Source: Gammaproteobacteria bacterium (lineage in GTDB: Bacteria > Pseudomonadota > Gammaproteobacteria > Ga0077536). Taken from it: a stretch of 64,000 nucleotides of DNA. This document shows positions 32,706 through 42,659 of the stretch, in pieces. The stretch spans positions 1,942-65,941 of the forward strand of contig CBDCJB010000005.1 of NCBI GenBank assembly GCA_965217605.1, given 5' to 3'. Under the pieces are notes generated by a model that saw nothing but the letters and a program-made list of their open reading frames with translations, had not been told where the DNA came from and did not search any database. The first letter of the stretch is position 1. Each line of letters begins with the position of its first letter. Both the position numbers and the translations under genes were made by a program.

Positions 32706-34043
32706 TCAGGTTGTGAGGATCCTTTCCAGATTGGCGAAATCTTCCTGGATCCTGGAATCGCTCGCCTTGAGCGACGCGACCTTTCTGCACGCGTGGATCA
32801 CCGTCGTGTGATCGCGGCCACCGAAGGCATCGCCGATCTCGGGCAGGCTGTGATTCGTCAGTTCCTTGGACAGGGCCATCGCAACCTGGCGAGGACGTGC
32901 GATCGAGCGGTTACGGCGTTTCGATAACAGATCGGCCACACGGATTTTGTAATATTCGGCAACCGTTTTCTGGATGTTGTCCATCGTCACCATCCGGTCT
33001 TGTAAGGCCAGCAAATCGCGCAAGGCCTCTTGTGCGAACTCGAGCGTGATGGGCTTGCCCGTAAAGTGCGCATTGGCAACCACGCGGTGTAAGGCGCCTT
33101 CCAACTCCCGGATGTTAGAACGAAAGCGCTTGCCGATGAAGAACGCGACTTCGTGCGGTAGATCGACATTGCTTTGCTCCGCTTTGCGCATGAGGATGGC
33201 GACTCGGGTTTCGAGTTCCGCAGGCTCGATCGCCACCGTGAGCCCCCATCCGAAACGCGATTTCAATCGCTCTTCAACACCCGATACCTCCTTCGGATAG
33301 CGGTCACAAGTCAATACGATCTGATGTTGGCCTTCCAATAACGCATTGAATGTGTGGAAGAATTCCTCCTGCGATCGCTCTTTTCCGGCGAAGAACTGGA
33401 TATCGTCGATCAGCAGGGCGTCGACCGACCGGTAAAACCGTTTGAAATCGTTGATGAGGTTGTTTTGTAGCGCCTTGACCATGTCCGCGACGAAGCGTTC
33501 GGAATGCAGATAAACGACGGTGGCGGTCGGCCGCGACTCGAGAATGACGTTGCCGACCGCGTGCATCAAATGTGTCTTACCCAGACCCACGCCCCCGCAG
33601 ATGAACAGCGGGTTGTATGCTTTCCCTGGATTTTCAGCCACTTGTAGAGAGGCCGCGCGCGCGAGTTGATTCGATTTGCCCTCCACGAACGTGGCGAAGG
33701 TGAAATCCGCGGTAAGGCCGCTGGCGCGCTTGGCGCCCGGCTCCGCGGCCCGGGTGACCGGCGCTTGCGGCGGTTCGGTCACCGCCGTCTTGGCTTGCGA
33801 TAAGCTGCCGACGCCGAGCGACACCGACATGGCGCGCGACGGCGAGAGCCCATCGAGGATCGATTGGATCCGCGAGCAATACTTGTCGCGGATCCAGTCC
33901 AACACGAAGCGGTTGGGCGCGAGGATTTCGACCCCGTCGCCGCCTTCGACGGCCTGCAAGGGGCGTATCCATGTGTTGTATTGTTGTGGAGATAACTCGT
34001 TTTCGAGTTGTCTCAGGCACTGTTGCCAAAGCGAAGTCTGCAC
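32706..34043 (-). CDS. dnaA: Chromosomal replication initiator
   Basis: [48 protein letters not shown]. Confidence 0.98.
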   Translation of the reverse strand: MQTSLWQQCLRQLENELSPQQYNTWIRPLQAVEGGDGVEILAPNRFVLDWIRDKYCSRIQSILDGLSPSRAMSVSLGVGSLSQAKTAVTEPPQAPVTRAAEPGAKRASGLTADFTFATFVEGKSNQLARAASLQVAENPGKAYNPLFICGGVGLGKTHLMHAVGNVILESRPTATVVYLHSERFVADMVKALQNNLINDFKRFYRSVDALLIDDIQFFAGKERSQEEFFHTFNALLEGQHQIVLTCDRYPKEVSGVEERLKSRFGWGLTVAIEPAELETRVAILMRKAEQSNVDLPHEVAFFIGKRFRSNIRELEGALHRVVANAHFTGKPITLEFAQEALRDLLALQDRMVTMDNIQKTVAEYYKIRVADLLSKRRNRSIARPRQVAMALSKELTNHSLPEIGDAFGGRDHTTVIHACRKVASLKASDSRIQEDFANLERILTT

Positions 34044-34090
34044 GCGTTTTTAGTTCTTTCGTTTGCGTTTTTGGGGGTGAGTCCGGGGCG

Positions 34091-34121
34091 AGTGTATACG
34101 CGATTTCTGAACTTATCCACA
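34091..34121 (-). promoter_or_regulatory. dnaA promoter candidate with DnaA box over the -35
   Basis: Perfect TTATCCACA at 34113-34121; minus strand TGGATA-N17-TACACT then GC-rich stretch. Confidence 0.65.
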
Positions 34122-34155
34122 CGGCGCTAGGCGGTGTGCTAAGCGCCCAAAAAGA

Positions 34156-34185
34156 TTGACAGTTTTCTATTCCTTGGCCTAACAT
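34156..34185 (+). promoter_or_regulatory. Sigma70 promoter candidate for rpmH
   Basis: TTGACA-N18-TAACAT followed by GC-rich discriminator. Confidence 0.6.
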
Positions 34186-34255
34186 CGCACGCCTTTTTTA
34201 CGGTCTTGTGAACGCGTGTTTCGCAAGTCTTTGTAAACAGCGCGATCCTTGAATT

Positions 34256-34390
34256 ATGAAACGAACATTTCAACCAGGACGACTGAAACGCGCGCGTAAG
34301 CACGGCTTCCGCGCCCGTATGAAAACCAAAGCCGGCCGGCGTGTGATCAAAGCGAGACGCGCACGCGGCCGCGCGCGTTTGAGCCACTGA
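34256..34390 (+). CDS. rpmH: 50S ribosomal protein L34
   Basis: Manual translation [44 protein letters not shown]. Confidence 0.98.
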   Translation: MKRTFQPGRLKRARKHGFRARMKTKAGRRVIKARRARGRARLSH

Positions 34391-34800
34391 TCCTGGCGTC
34401 CAATGAAGGGCCGTCGGCGGCCTACCGCGCAACCCGCCGTCTCTGGATAAAGCTGAGTTCGGACTTCGACCGAATACTGCGTTCGGGTACGCGAAGCAAC
34501 TCAAAATATTTTTCGATCTACTTCCGATCAACATCGTTGGGTCATCCGCGCCTGGGTGTCGGTATCGGCCGACGCGTGACGCGTAAGGCGACGCGCCGCA
34601 ATCGAATAAAGCGTTCGATCAAAGAAGCGTTTCGACATCGGGCTCTCGACCTCCCTTCGATCGATATCGTCGTACTGGCCAAGCCGTCATGCGGTATGCT
34701 GTCGAACAAACAACTCAACGCCGCTGCGGCGGCGTGGATCGCGGCCCTGATCATCGATGCAGAAGACCGATTGAAGGCGGGGTATCGTTCAGCTAATTAA
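34387..34800 (+). CDS. rnpA: RNase P protein component; putative CTG start
   Basis: [11 protein letters not shown]...[33 protein letters not shown] (RNR motif), DIVVLAK; start inferred. Confidence 0.85.
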   Translation: MILASNEGPSAAYRATRRLWIKLSSDFDRILRSGTRSNSKYFSIYFRSTSLGHPRLGVGIGRRVTRKATRRNRIKRSIKEAFRHRALDLPSIDIVVLAKPSCGMLSNKQLNAAAAAWIAALIIDAEDRLKAGYRSAN

Positions 34801-34865
34801 GCGCGATCAACAGTTCACCGATCATCCCCGGCGACCGACTCGAGAGCACCGCGACTCAACGATCC

Positions 34866-36551
34866 ATGGAAAACGTCCGACTTTTGCTCGTCGTCGCATT
34901 GGCGTTTATCTCGCTCATGTTATGGGAGGCGTGGCAGAGTGATTATGGTGAGGACGAGCGTCCGGCGACTGCACAGCCACTCGATACACCGGCTTTGGAT
35001 ACGCCGCAACCGCCGGAACCCGCACACCCGCAAATCGATTTGCCGTCCACTACGGACGCCGAAGCTCCGCTAGAGACGCTAGAGACGCTACCGACGACAC
35101 CGCAGACCGCGCCGGCGCCGGTCGACGCGGCAGCGGAGATCGTCGTGCTCGAAACCGACGTTCTTCTAATGAATATTTCGACCTTGGGCGGTACGGTCGA
35201 ACGCGTCGCCTTACTCGACTATCCCATCAAGGTCGCCGAACCCGATCGCCCCGTCGAACTACTGACACAAACGGAGAATCGCACCTTCATTTATCAAGGC
35301 GGGCTTGCGGGCAACGCGCCAGCGCCGACGCATCACGACCGGTATACGAGTGCGCATACCTACAAGCGCTTAGATGAGGGTCAGAACGAATTAACGGTCA
35401 CGTTGCGCTGGCAAAGTGGATCTGGCCTTGAAGTCGATAAGCATTACACAGTGCGGCGAGGCAGTTACGTCGTCGACGTCGAATACGAGCTTCGAAACCG
35501 AAGCGATACGCCGTGGCGCGTTCATTTTTACGAACAATTGCAGCGTTCCGATGCGTCGGGACGCCAAGGCATGGTTTATACGTATACCGGTGCGGCCTTT
35601 TCGAAGCCCGATAAGCGTTTCGAAAAATTCGACTACGACGATCTGGAAGACGCTGCGCTCGATGAAGCGGCGGTCGATGCCTGGATCGGCATCATGCAAC
35701 ATTACTTTATCGCCGCGCTGGTTCCGCCCGACAACGACACCTTTCAGTATTATTCGAAAATATTGAACGACGAGCGTTACATCGTGGGTTTTGTCAGCCC
35801 CGCGTTCGACGTCGCTCCGGGTGGATCGAAGCGCTTGACCAGCCAGGCCTATATCGGGCCCAAGCGTCACGACATGATCGCCGCGGTTGCACCGGGGCTC
35901 GAACTTGCGGTTGATTACGGCGTGCTGTGGTTTATCGCCAAACCCTTGTTCCTGATCCTCGAATATATCCATGAGCTAACGGGCAATTGGGGTTGGGGTA
36001 TCGTGATACTCACCTTGTTACTCAAGATCGTGTTCTATCCCTTGTCGGCGGCCGGCTACCGTTCGATGGCGAACATGCGCAAAGTCCAACCCCGCCTGCT
36101 GGCGCTGCGCGACCGCTACGCGGACGACAAGGCCCAGCTCAACCAGGCCATGATGCAGCTCTACAAGGAGGAGAAGATCAACCCGTTGGGGGGCTGCTTT
36201 CCCATCCTCATTCAGATCCCGGTGTTCATCGCCCTGTATTGGGTCTTGCTCGAAAGCGTCGAGATCCGCCAGGCGCCCTTCGTGTTGTGGATCCAGGATC
36301 TGTCGGGTAAGGATCCGTATTTCATCCTGCCGGTCTTGATGGGCCTCAGCATGTGGGGACAGCAAAAACTCAATCCCGCGCCGCTCGACCCCACGCAAGC
36401 CAAAGTCATGCAGTTGTTGCCGTGGGTATTCACCGTTTTCTTCGCATTTTTTCCATCGGGACTCGTGCTCTACTGGTTGGTCAACAATATTCTGTCCATC
36501 GCCCAGCAATGGCGCATTACCCGTATCATCGAAAGCGAGTCGAGCGGCTAG
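34866..36551 (+). CDS. yidC: Membrane protein insertase
   Basis: VDYGVLWFIAKPLF, GNWGWGIV, YKEEKINPLGGCFP, PSGLVLYW. Confidence 0.97.
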   Translation: MENVRLLLVVALAFISLMLWEAWQSDYGEDERPATAQPLDTPALDTPQPPEPAHPQIDLPSTTDAEAPLETLETLPTTPQTAPAPVDAAAEIVVLETDVLLMNISTLGGTVERVALLDYPIKVAEPDRPVELLTQTENRTFIYQGGLAGNAPAPTHHDRYTSAHTYKRLDEGQNELTVTLRWQSGSGLEVDKHYTVRRGSYVVDVEYELRNRSDTPWRVHFYEQLQRSDASGRQGMVYTYTGAAFSKPDKRFEKFDYDDLEDAALDEAAVDAWIGIMQHYFIAALVPPDNDTFQYYSKILNDERYIVGFVSPAFDVAPGGSKRLTSQAYIGPKRHDMIAAVAPGLELAVDYGVLWFIAKPLFLILEYIHELTGNWGWGIVILTLLLKIVFYPLSAAGYRSMANMRKVQPRLLALRDRYADDKAQLNQAMMQLYKEEKINPLGGCFPILIQIPVFIALYWVLLESVEIRQAPFVLWIQDLSGKDPYFILPVLMGLSMWGQQKLNPAPLDPTQAKVMQLLPWVFTVFFAFFPSGLVLYWLVNNILSIAQQWRITRIIESESSG

Positions 36552-36569
36552 AGGATCCCGAATAAGCGG

Positions 36570-37904
36570 ATGGCGGACGACACGATCGTTGCGATATCGA
36601 CGCCACCCGGACGCAGCGGTATCGGCATCGTGCGCAGCTCGGGCCCGGATGTTCGGGACCTCATCGTAGCGATCGCAGGCCGCCTGCCACCCGCGCGCCA
36701 CGCGCAGCTTTGCGCGTTCAAAGGACGCGACGACGAGCTCATCGACGAGGGGATCCTGCTCTACTTTCCGGGGCCACGGTCCTTTACCGGTGAAGACGTC
36801 GCTGAATTTCACATCCACGGCGGCCTCGTGGTGTTGCAGCTCCTGTTTGAAACCGCGTGCGCCTGCGGGGCCCGCCCGGCGCGTCCGGGTGAATTCTCCG
36901 AGCGCGCTTTTCGCAATGGCAAGTTGGATCTGGCACAGGCCGAAGCGATCGCGGATCTGATCGACAGCCGCTCCGTGCGTGCAGCCCGTTCGGCGATGCG
37001 CACGATGCGGGGCGAATTCTCGACACAGACCGGCGCCCTGATCGATCGCCTGCATAAGGCCCGTGCAGAGCTCGAAGCGTCGATCGATTTTCCCGAGGAT
37101 ATCGCGCCCGAGGAAATCGTGGGAGCGCAGATCGCCGAGACCACGGCCATACGGGATGCGCTCCACCGCATGGTCGCCGGAGGCCGACAGGGCGCGCGGC
37201 TCAATGGCGGCGCGGCGGTCGCAATCGCAGGTCGGCCGAACGTCGGCAAATCGACGCTCATGAACGCACTCGCGCGTGAAAACAAGGCGATCGTCAGCGA
37301 CATTCCCGGCACCACGCGCGACGTCATCGAAGCCGACACGCTGATCCACGACATCCCCGTGCGCCTGTATGACACAGCGGGCCTGCGCGAGGCGACGGAT
37401 CAAATCGAACGCGAGGGCGTCGACCGGGCGACACGGGCCATGGACGATGCCGACGTCGTGCTCCTGGTGACCGACGCGCCGGACGGTTCATGCGCCGGCA
37501 TCGACGCCCCATGTTCGCCCGATAAACCACACCTCGTGGTCCATAACAAAATCGATCTCCACGGACTCGAAGTCGGCGTCACCACGAACGGCGAGACGAC
37601 GCATGTATTCGTATCCGCATTGCACGCGAGGGGACTCGCCCAGTTGGCCGACGCGCTCTCGAGGCATCTCGGCATCGAAGACCTGGAGGAGAATGAATTC
37701 GTCGCTCGCGAACGCCACCTCGCCGCCCTGAACACCGCGGCACGAGAGCTCGACGCGGTGCAGCGCCCGGTGCTGTCGGATACGCCGGAAGTTGCCGCGG
37801 AATGCTACCGGCGCGCGGCGCGGGCGCTGGGTGAGATATCCGGCGCCTATTCCACCGAAGACCTGCTCGGTGAAATATTCGCGCGCTTTTGCATAGGCAA
37901 GTAG
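36570..37904 (+). CDS. mnmE: tRNA modification GTPase
   Basis: DTIVAISTPPG, SFTGEDVAE, GRPNVGKSTL, GTTRD, DTAGLR, FARFCIGK. Confidence 0.97.
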   Translation: MADDTIVAISTPPGRSGIGIVRSSGPDVRDLIVAIAGRLPPARHAQLCAFKGRDDELIDEGILLYFPGPRSFTGEDVAEFHIHGGLVVLQLLFETACACGARPARPGEFSERAFRNGKLDLAQAEAIADLIDSRSVRAARSAMRTMRGEFSTQTGALIDRLHKARAELEASIDFPEDIAPEEIVGAQIAETTAIRDALHRMVAGGRQGARLNGGAAVAIAGRPNVGKSTLMNALARENKAIVSDIPGTTRDVIEADTLIHDIPVRLYDTAGLREATDQIEREGVDRATRAMDDADVVLLVTDAPDGSCAGIDAPCSPDKPHLVVHNKIDLHGLEVGVTTNGETTHVFVSALHARGLAQLADALSRHLGIEDLEENEFVARERHLAALNTAARELDAVQRPVLSDTPEVAAECYRRAARALGEISGAYSTEDLLGEIFARFCIGK

Positions 37905-37917
37905 CTGCGGAGTCCCC

Positions 37918-38841
37918 ATGCGCGCAGCGGGCCCGGACAGACTGTTGGTCGTGACCTTGAGTAACATCGGCGATCTCGTAATGACCACGCCGGTCTTCGA
38001 AGCGCTAAGCCAAGCCTTCCCCGGCCAACCCATCGATTGCCTCGGCGATGCGCGCTCATGTGCCTTGCTCGCCGCCGCGCCGTATATCGGCGACATCTTC
38101 ATGCGGGATAAACGCGCAGGAGTCGTTGCGCAGTTCGCGCTCCTCGGCCGCTTACGCCGGCGGCGTTATCGGCTGATCGCCGACCTGCGCACGCCGCTCA
38201 TTCCGTACCTGCTGCGCGCAGAGTGGCGCCTGATCAAAAAGCGCACCGATGTCCCCGGCATCCACGCGGTCGAAGAGCATTTCAACGTCGTGCGCGCGGT
38301 GGTGCCAGCCGATGCGGCGATACCGGCGTGCCGCGTTCACCTCGACGCCGGTGCGCAATCCCGCGCGGGCGAATGCCTGAGCGCCCTTCCGGGCAGACGC
38401 TGGCTCGCGGTCGCGCCGGGCGCCAACTGGCCGGGAAAACGCTGGCCGGCTACCCATTACCGGGCGTTGATTGAGGCCGCGGCGCCGCTGTTCGATGCTG
38501 CGCTCGTGTTGGGCTCCGGCGCCGACGCCGACGCGGCAGACGGCCTCATGGATGCCGGCTTGCCGGTGTTGAATATGGTTGGGCAGACCGATCTAAGCCT
38601 TGCCGCGGCGTTGCTCGCCCGCGCCCACGCGTTTGTCGGCAACGACTCCGGGCTCGGACACCTCGCCGCCGCTGTCGGGGTGCCGTCGTTGACACTCTTC
38701 GGACCCGGCCGTCCAACGCGCTATCGGCCCTGGGGCGATCACGCCGAGATCCTGGTCGCGCCGGATCTGGACTTGGAGCGTTTGACGCCCGCTGAAGTGT
38801 TTGACCAACTACGCGTTCTAGTTGCGCCGGAGGGGGTATGA
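37918..38841 (+). CDS. GT9 glycosyltransferase (LPS heptosyltransferase-like)
   Basis: LSNIGDLVMTTP, PGANWPGKRWP, GNDSGLGHLAAA, LFGP. Confidence 0.9.
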   Translation: MRAAGPDRLLVVTLSNIGDLVMTTPVFEALSQAFPGQPIDCLGDARSCALLAAAPYIGDIFMRDKRAGVVAQFALLGRLRRRRYRLIADLRTPLIPYLLRAEWRLIKKRTDVPGIHAVEEHFNVVRAVVPADAAIPACRVHLDAGAQSRAGECLSALPGRRWLAVAPGANWPGKRWPATHYRALIEAAAPLFDAALVLGSGADADAADGLMDAGLPVLNMVGQTDLSLAAALLARAHAFVGNDSGLGHLAAAVGVPSLTLFGPGRPTRYRPWGDHAEILVAPDLDLERLTPAEVFDQLRVLVAPEGV

Positions 38842-38847
38842 ACTGAG

Positions 38848-39882
38848 GTGCGTATCGCCCAGATCATGTTGGCGAAGCAATTCGGCGGGGCGGAACGGTC
38901 GTTCGTCGACCTGAGCCGCGCGCTCGCCGCGCGCGGGCACGCGATCCTCGCGATCGGGGAGCAACGCGGGGTCGCCTTGCGGCAACTGGCCGCCCACCGC
39001 GACATCGAATGCGCACCGGTGCGTTGCCGCGGCGCCTGGGATCCGTTCTGCCGGCGGCAGATCAAACGTTGCCTCGTCCGTTTCGCGCCCGACCTCGTGC
39101 AGACCCATCTCGCCCGCGCGGCGCACCTCGGGGGAAGCGCCGGGCGAAGCTGCGGATTCCCGACCGTGGCCAAGACCCACGAGCTGGTGGATCTCAAGTA
39201 CTACCGGAACATCGATTTGCTCGTTGCAACGACCGCTGAACAGCAAGCCTATTTGCGCGCGCACGGCGTCGCCGCGTCATCGCAAACCTTGATCCCCAAT
39301 TTCAGTGCGGTGAGCTTGGCGGCAGCCATACCGGCGGCGCCGGATCAGTGCGTCGTCGTCAAGTCCTTGGGGCGCTTCGTGCGTAAAAAGGGATTTGACG
39401 TGTTAGTGCGGGCGCTCGCAACGATCCTGGCCGACGGCATCGACACGCGTCTCGAGATCGGTGGCAGCGGCTCGGAAGGGCGCGCGCTGCAGTCGCTCGT
39501 GGATAAGCTCGGCCTGCATGACCGGGTCACGTTCCCCGGTTGGATCGGTGACGTCCCGGCGTTTTTGGCCGATGCGCATCTGTTCGTGCTGCCCTCGCGC
39601 GACGAACCCTTCGGGATCGCGCTCCTGGAAGCGATGGCTTGCGGCGTACCCATCGTCACGACGCGCACCTCGGGTCCGCTCGAGATCCTGAACGAGGGCC
39701 TGGCGTTGTTCGTCGACCCCGGCGATGCGGATCAGCTTGCCGCGACGATTACCGACGCCATTCATCATCCGGACGCCGCCGCGTCACGCGCGGCCGCGGC
39801 GCAGCAGCGGTTCACCGCGCATTACCACACGGACGTGGTCGTTGAGCGGTATGTGGAGCTCTATGGGCGATTGATTAAATGA
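38848..39882 (+). CDS. GT4 glycosyltransferase
   Basis: GGAERSF, GRFVRKKGFD, PSRDEPFGIALLEAMACG. Confidence 0.92.
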   Translation: MRIAQIMLAKQFGGAERSFVDLSRALAARGHAILAIGEQRGVALRQLAAHRDIECAPVRCRGAWDPFCRRQIKRCLVRFAPDLVQTHLARAAHLGGSAGRSCGFPTVAKTHELVDLKYYRNIDLLVATTAEQQAYLRAHGVAASSQTLIPNFSAVSLAAAIPAAPDQCVVVKSLGRFVRKKGFDVLVRALATILADGIDTRLEIGGSGSEGRALQSLVDKLGLHDRVTFPGWIGDVPAFLADAHLFVLPSRDEPFGIALLEAMACGVPIVTTRTSGPLEILNEGLALFVDPGDADQLAATITDAIHHPDAAASRAAAAQQRFTAHYHTDVVVERYVELYGRLIK

Positions 39883-39909
39883 TTCACCCGCAAGCGGGCA
39901 AATCGATTT

Positions 39910-40836
39910 TCAAACCAAATGCTCCGCAGCCAACCTCGACCACACATCATCGACGGAGATCGCCGACAGCCGCTCCGCCGTAATCGCGCGCTCACCCTGA
40001 CCGAGCGCGTGATTGCGACGCCAGTCGCTGGGCCCGAACAGACCAAACACCGGGATGCCCGAGGCGGATAAGAGATGCATGGGCCCTGAATCGTTGGTGA
40101 CCGCAAAGCGCGCGTGTCGCCCGAAAGCCACGATCTCGGCCAGCCTGAACGCACCCGTCGCGTCGATCCCCGTTTGGGCGGCAAGCGCGGCATTCCCCTG
40201 ACGATCCTCGGCGCCGCCCAGCCATACGACCGCCAGGCCCTGCGCGGAAAGACGTTCGGCAAGCGCCGCGAAGTGCGGCCAGATCTTCGCCGGCCGTTTC
40301 GCACTCGCGCCGGCGTGCATGAGCGCGAAGCGTTGCGGTTCCAGCGCACGCTCGTCCAGCCAGCCCGCCACGCGATGTGCTTCGTCTTCGCTGCACGGCA
40401 GTGCGGGCAGGCGCCGAACCTCCGAGATCCCGGCGCTTGCGAGCACCTCCACCATGCGCTCGAAGATATGGCACTGTCCGCGCCAGCGGGTCGGCGGATG
40501 ATGGGTATAAGGGTATCTGTTATGGTTGCCGACGCGCTCCCGCGCCCCCGACAAGGCGCACCACAAGGCGGTTCTGTCATTGCCCTGCAGGTCGTAGATG
40601 CGATCGAAACCACCGCGCCGCAGCCAACGCACGGTCTCAATGTTGTTCAGCCATCCGCGGCGCGGAAACGCTGTGAGCTCGAGCCCCGGCCAGGCCTCGA
40701 ACAAGGACCTAAAGGCCGGCGTCGTCAATAGGTGGATCACCGCTTCGGTGTGGAAATTCTGGATGGCTTCGATGAGTGCGGTGGCCATCACGACGTCACC
40801 GAGCGCCCCGAGTTTGATGATGAGCACGCGGCGCAT
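39910..40836 (-). CDS. GT9 glycosyltransferase
   Basis: IIKLGALGDVV, YDLQ, AKIWP, TNDSGPMHL, LFGP; start 40836 or 40848. Confidence 0.9.
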   Translation of the reverse strand: MRRVLIIKLGALGDVVMATALIEAIQNFHTEAVIHLLTTPAFRSLFEAWPGLELTAFPRRGWLNNIETVRWLRRGGFDRIYDLQGNDRTALWCALSGARERVGNHNRYPYTHHPPTRWRGQCHIFERMVEVLASAGISEVRRLPALPCSEDEAHRVAGWLDERALEPQRFALMHAGASAKRPAKIWPHFAALAERLSAQGLAVVWLGGAEDRQGNAALAAQTGIDATGAFRLAEIVAFGRHARFAVTNDSGPMHLLSASGIPVFGLFGPSDWRRNHALGQGERAITAERLSAISVDDVWSRLAAEHLV

Positions 40837-40866
40837 CACGGCGGCCACGGCATCGCGAGGTCAGCC

Positions 40867-41682
40867 ATGTTAGATCCGCGCCCGCACATCATCCGCTATC
40901 GATTGCATGCCTGGCACCGCAACCTGGGCAACTTCGCGTTGATCAAACATCGAGCTTGTGACGGCCATCTGTTGAGCATGCATCAATCCGGTACGCACTG
41001 GCTCAAATTCATGTTGGCCAACGCATTATCTCACCAATACGAAACGCCGCCGCCGCAATACAACCATGCCAACGACATCATCGGCGGGCCGCGGGACGTC
41101 GTACGCTACCCGCAACTACCTCGCCTGATCAGCAGCCATTCGATACCCCATCCGCTTTTGCTGTCACGCACCGTGCATCGCTTACTCGCGCTGCCACCCT
41201 ACGTGGTGCTGGTCCGGGATATCCGCGCGACCCTGGTGTCGAATTACGCCAAGTGGCGCGACGCCTACCGCACTGATTTTTCGACATACCTGCTGGGCGA
41301 TCCGCGCGGGCGACGATACAACAGCGACATCTGGTGGGCGCTGCGATTCCTCAATGGCTGGGGGCGCGTACGCCGGACGATCCCCGAGCGCGTCTGCGTC
41401 ATTCGCTATGAAGATCTCGCGCGCGATCCCATGGCGGAACTGTTGCGCCTAGCGGGCACGTTCAATCTCGAACTGTCACCGCAGGCCCTCGATCACGGCG
41501 TCGCGGTGTCGAGCAAAGCGCATATGCGGGGCAAAGATGATCCGGAGCGTCCGCCGGGCGCCGTGCGTGAGAACGATGCCGATCCGATGGCGGTCTTCGC
41601 CTACGACGACCGCCGCGTCTTTGAAGGCATCTGCGCGCGTTGTCTGGAGGACGACTTCGGTTACGATTACCGCACCTGGTAG
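40867..41682 (+). CDS. PAPS-dependent sulfotransferase-like protein
   Basis: SMHQSGTHWL (5'-PSB-like), LVRDIRATLVS (3'-PB-like), IRYEDL. Confidence 0.8.
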   Translation: MLDPRPHIIRYRLHAWHRNLGNFALIKHRACDGHLLSMHQSGTHWLKFMLANALSHQYETPPPQYNHANDIIGGPRDVVRYPQLPRLISSHSIPHPLLLSRTVHRLLALPPYVVLVRDIRATLVSNYAKWRDAYRTDFSTYLLGDPRGRRYNSDIWWALRFLNGWGRVRRTIPERVCVIRYEDLARDPMAELLRLAGTFNLELSPQALDHGVAVSSKAHMRGKDDPERPPGAVRENDADPMAVFAYDDRRVFEGICARCLEDDFGYDYRTW

Positions 41683-41688
41683 ATCAGA

Positions 41689-42657
41689 ATGGCCATTGAG
41701 ATGACTGCCGACCGTTTCGACGCACATCAGCACATCATCACCGAAGCGTATCTCGCGGCGCTCGAGCGCGTCGGCATCACGGGCACCAGCGGACTCAAGT
41801 TTCCCGCCTGGAGTCCCGAGCTCGCGCTCGAAGTCATGGACCGCCAGGCGATCGCGACCACGATGACCTCGATTTCGTCGCCGGGTGTGTTTTTCGGCGA
41901 TGAGAAAGCCGCAGCTCGGCTGGCGCGCGAGGTGAACGACGGTTTCGCCGAGCTGGTCGCGCGCCGCCCGACCCGCTTCGGCGCGTTGGGGCATCTGCCG
42001 CTACCCGACGTCGATGCAGCCCTCACAGAGCTCGATTACTTGACGCACGAGCTCAAGCTGGACGGCGTGATCCTGCTGTCCAGCATCGGCGGGCGGCACC
42101 TCGGCGACCCGGCCTTCGATCCGGTATTCGCGGAGCTCAATCGTCTAGGCACGGTGGTGTTCATCCACCCGACCCTGCATCCGAGCGCGGCGAAAGTGTC
42201 CCTGGACCTGCCGGAATTCATGCTCGAATTTCCCTTCGATACGACCCGCGCGGTGGCTAATCTCGTCTACTCGGGCACGCTCGAACGCTACCCCGATATC
42301 CGATTCATCCTGGCGCATGCCGGCGGCACGGTGCCGTTCCTCGAATGGCGCATCGCGATCGCCGAGGCCGTCGACGCGCGGCTGAGGGACCGGCTGCCCC
42401 ATCCCGCCACCCATTACCTGCGACGGCTGTACTACGACACCGCCATGTCGCCTTCGCCCGCGGCGATGGCGGCCGTACAAGCACTCGTCGATCCGAGCCA
42501 CATTTTGTTTGGCAGTGATTGGCCGATGGTCGCGGAGGGCGTCGCAGCACAGACGGTCGCCGATCTCGAAGCACTCGCGTGCTTCGATGCGCAAACGAAA
42601 GCCGCTATTTTCTCGCAGAACGCCAGAGCGTTGTTTCCCCGGTTCCAGGTTCGGTAA
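41689..42657 (+). CDS. Amidohydrolase-2 family protein (decarboxylase-like)
   Basis: DAHQH, VFIHP, EFPFDTTRAV, LAHAGG, YYDTA, FGSDWP. Confidence 0.88.
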   Translation: MAIEMTADRFDAHQHIITEAYLAALERVGITGTSGLKFPAWSPELALEVMDRQAIATTMTSISSPGVFFGDEKAAARLAREVNDGFAELVARRPTRFGALGHLPLPDVDAALTELDYLTHELKLDGVILLSSIGGRHLGDPAFDPVFAELNRLGTVVFIHPTLHPSAAKVSLDLPEFMLEFPFDTTRAVANLVYSGTLERYPDIRFILAHAGGTVPFLEWRIAIAEAVDARLRDRLPHPATHYLRRLYYDTAMSPSPAAMAAVQALVDPSHILFGSDWPMVAEGVAAQTVADLEALACFDAQTKAAIFSQNARALFPRFQVR

Positions 42658-42659
42658 GG

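Noticed and set aside
35069-35090. 9-bp tandem repeat in yidC (LETLETL)
   Set aside because: In-frame microduplication in a variable linker
36018-37403. 461-aa minus-strand ORF across yidC/mnmE
   Set aside because: Antisense to two conserved genes, no recognisable domain
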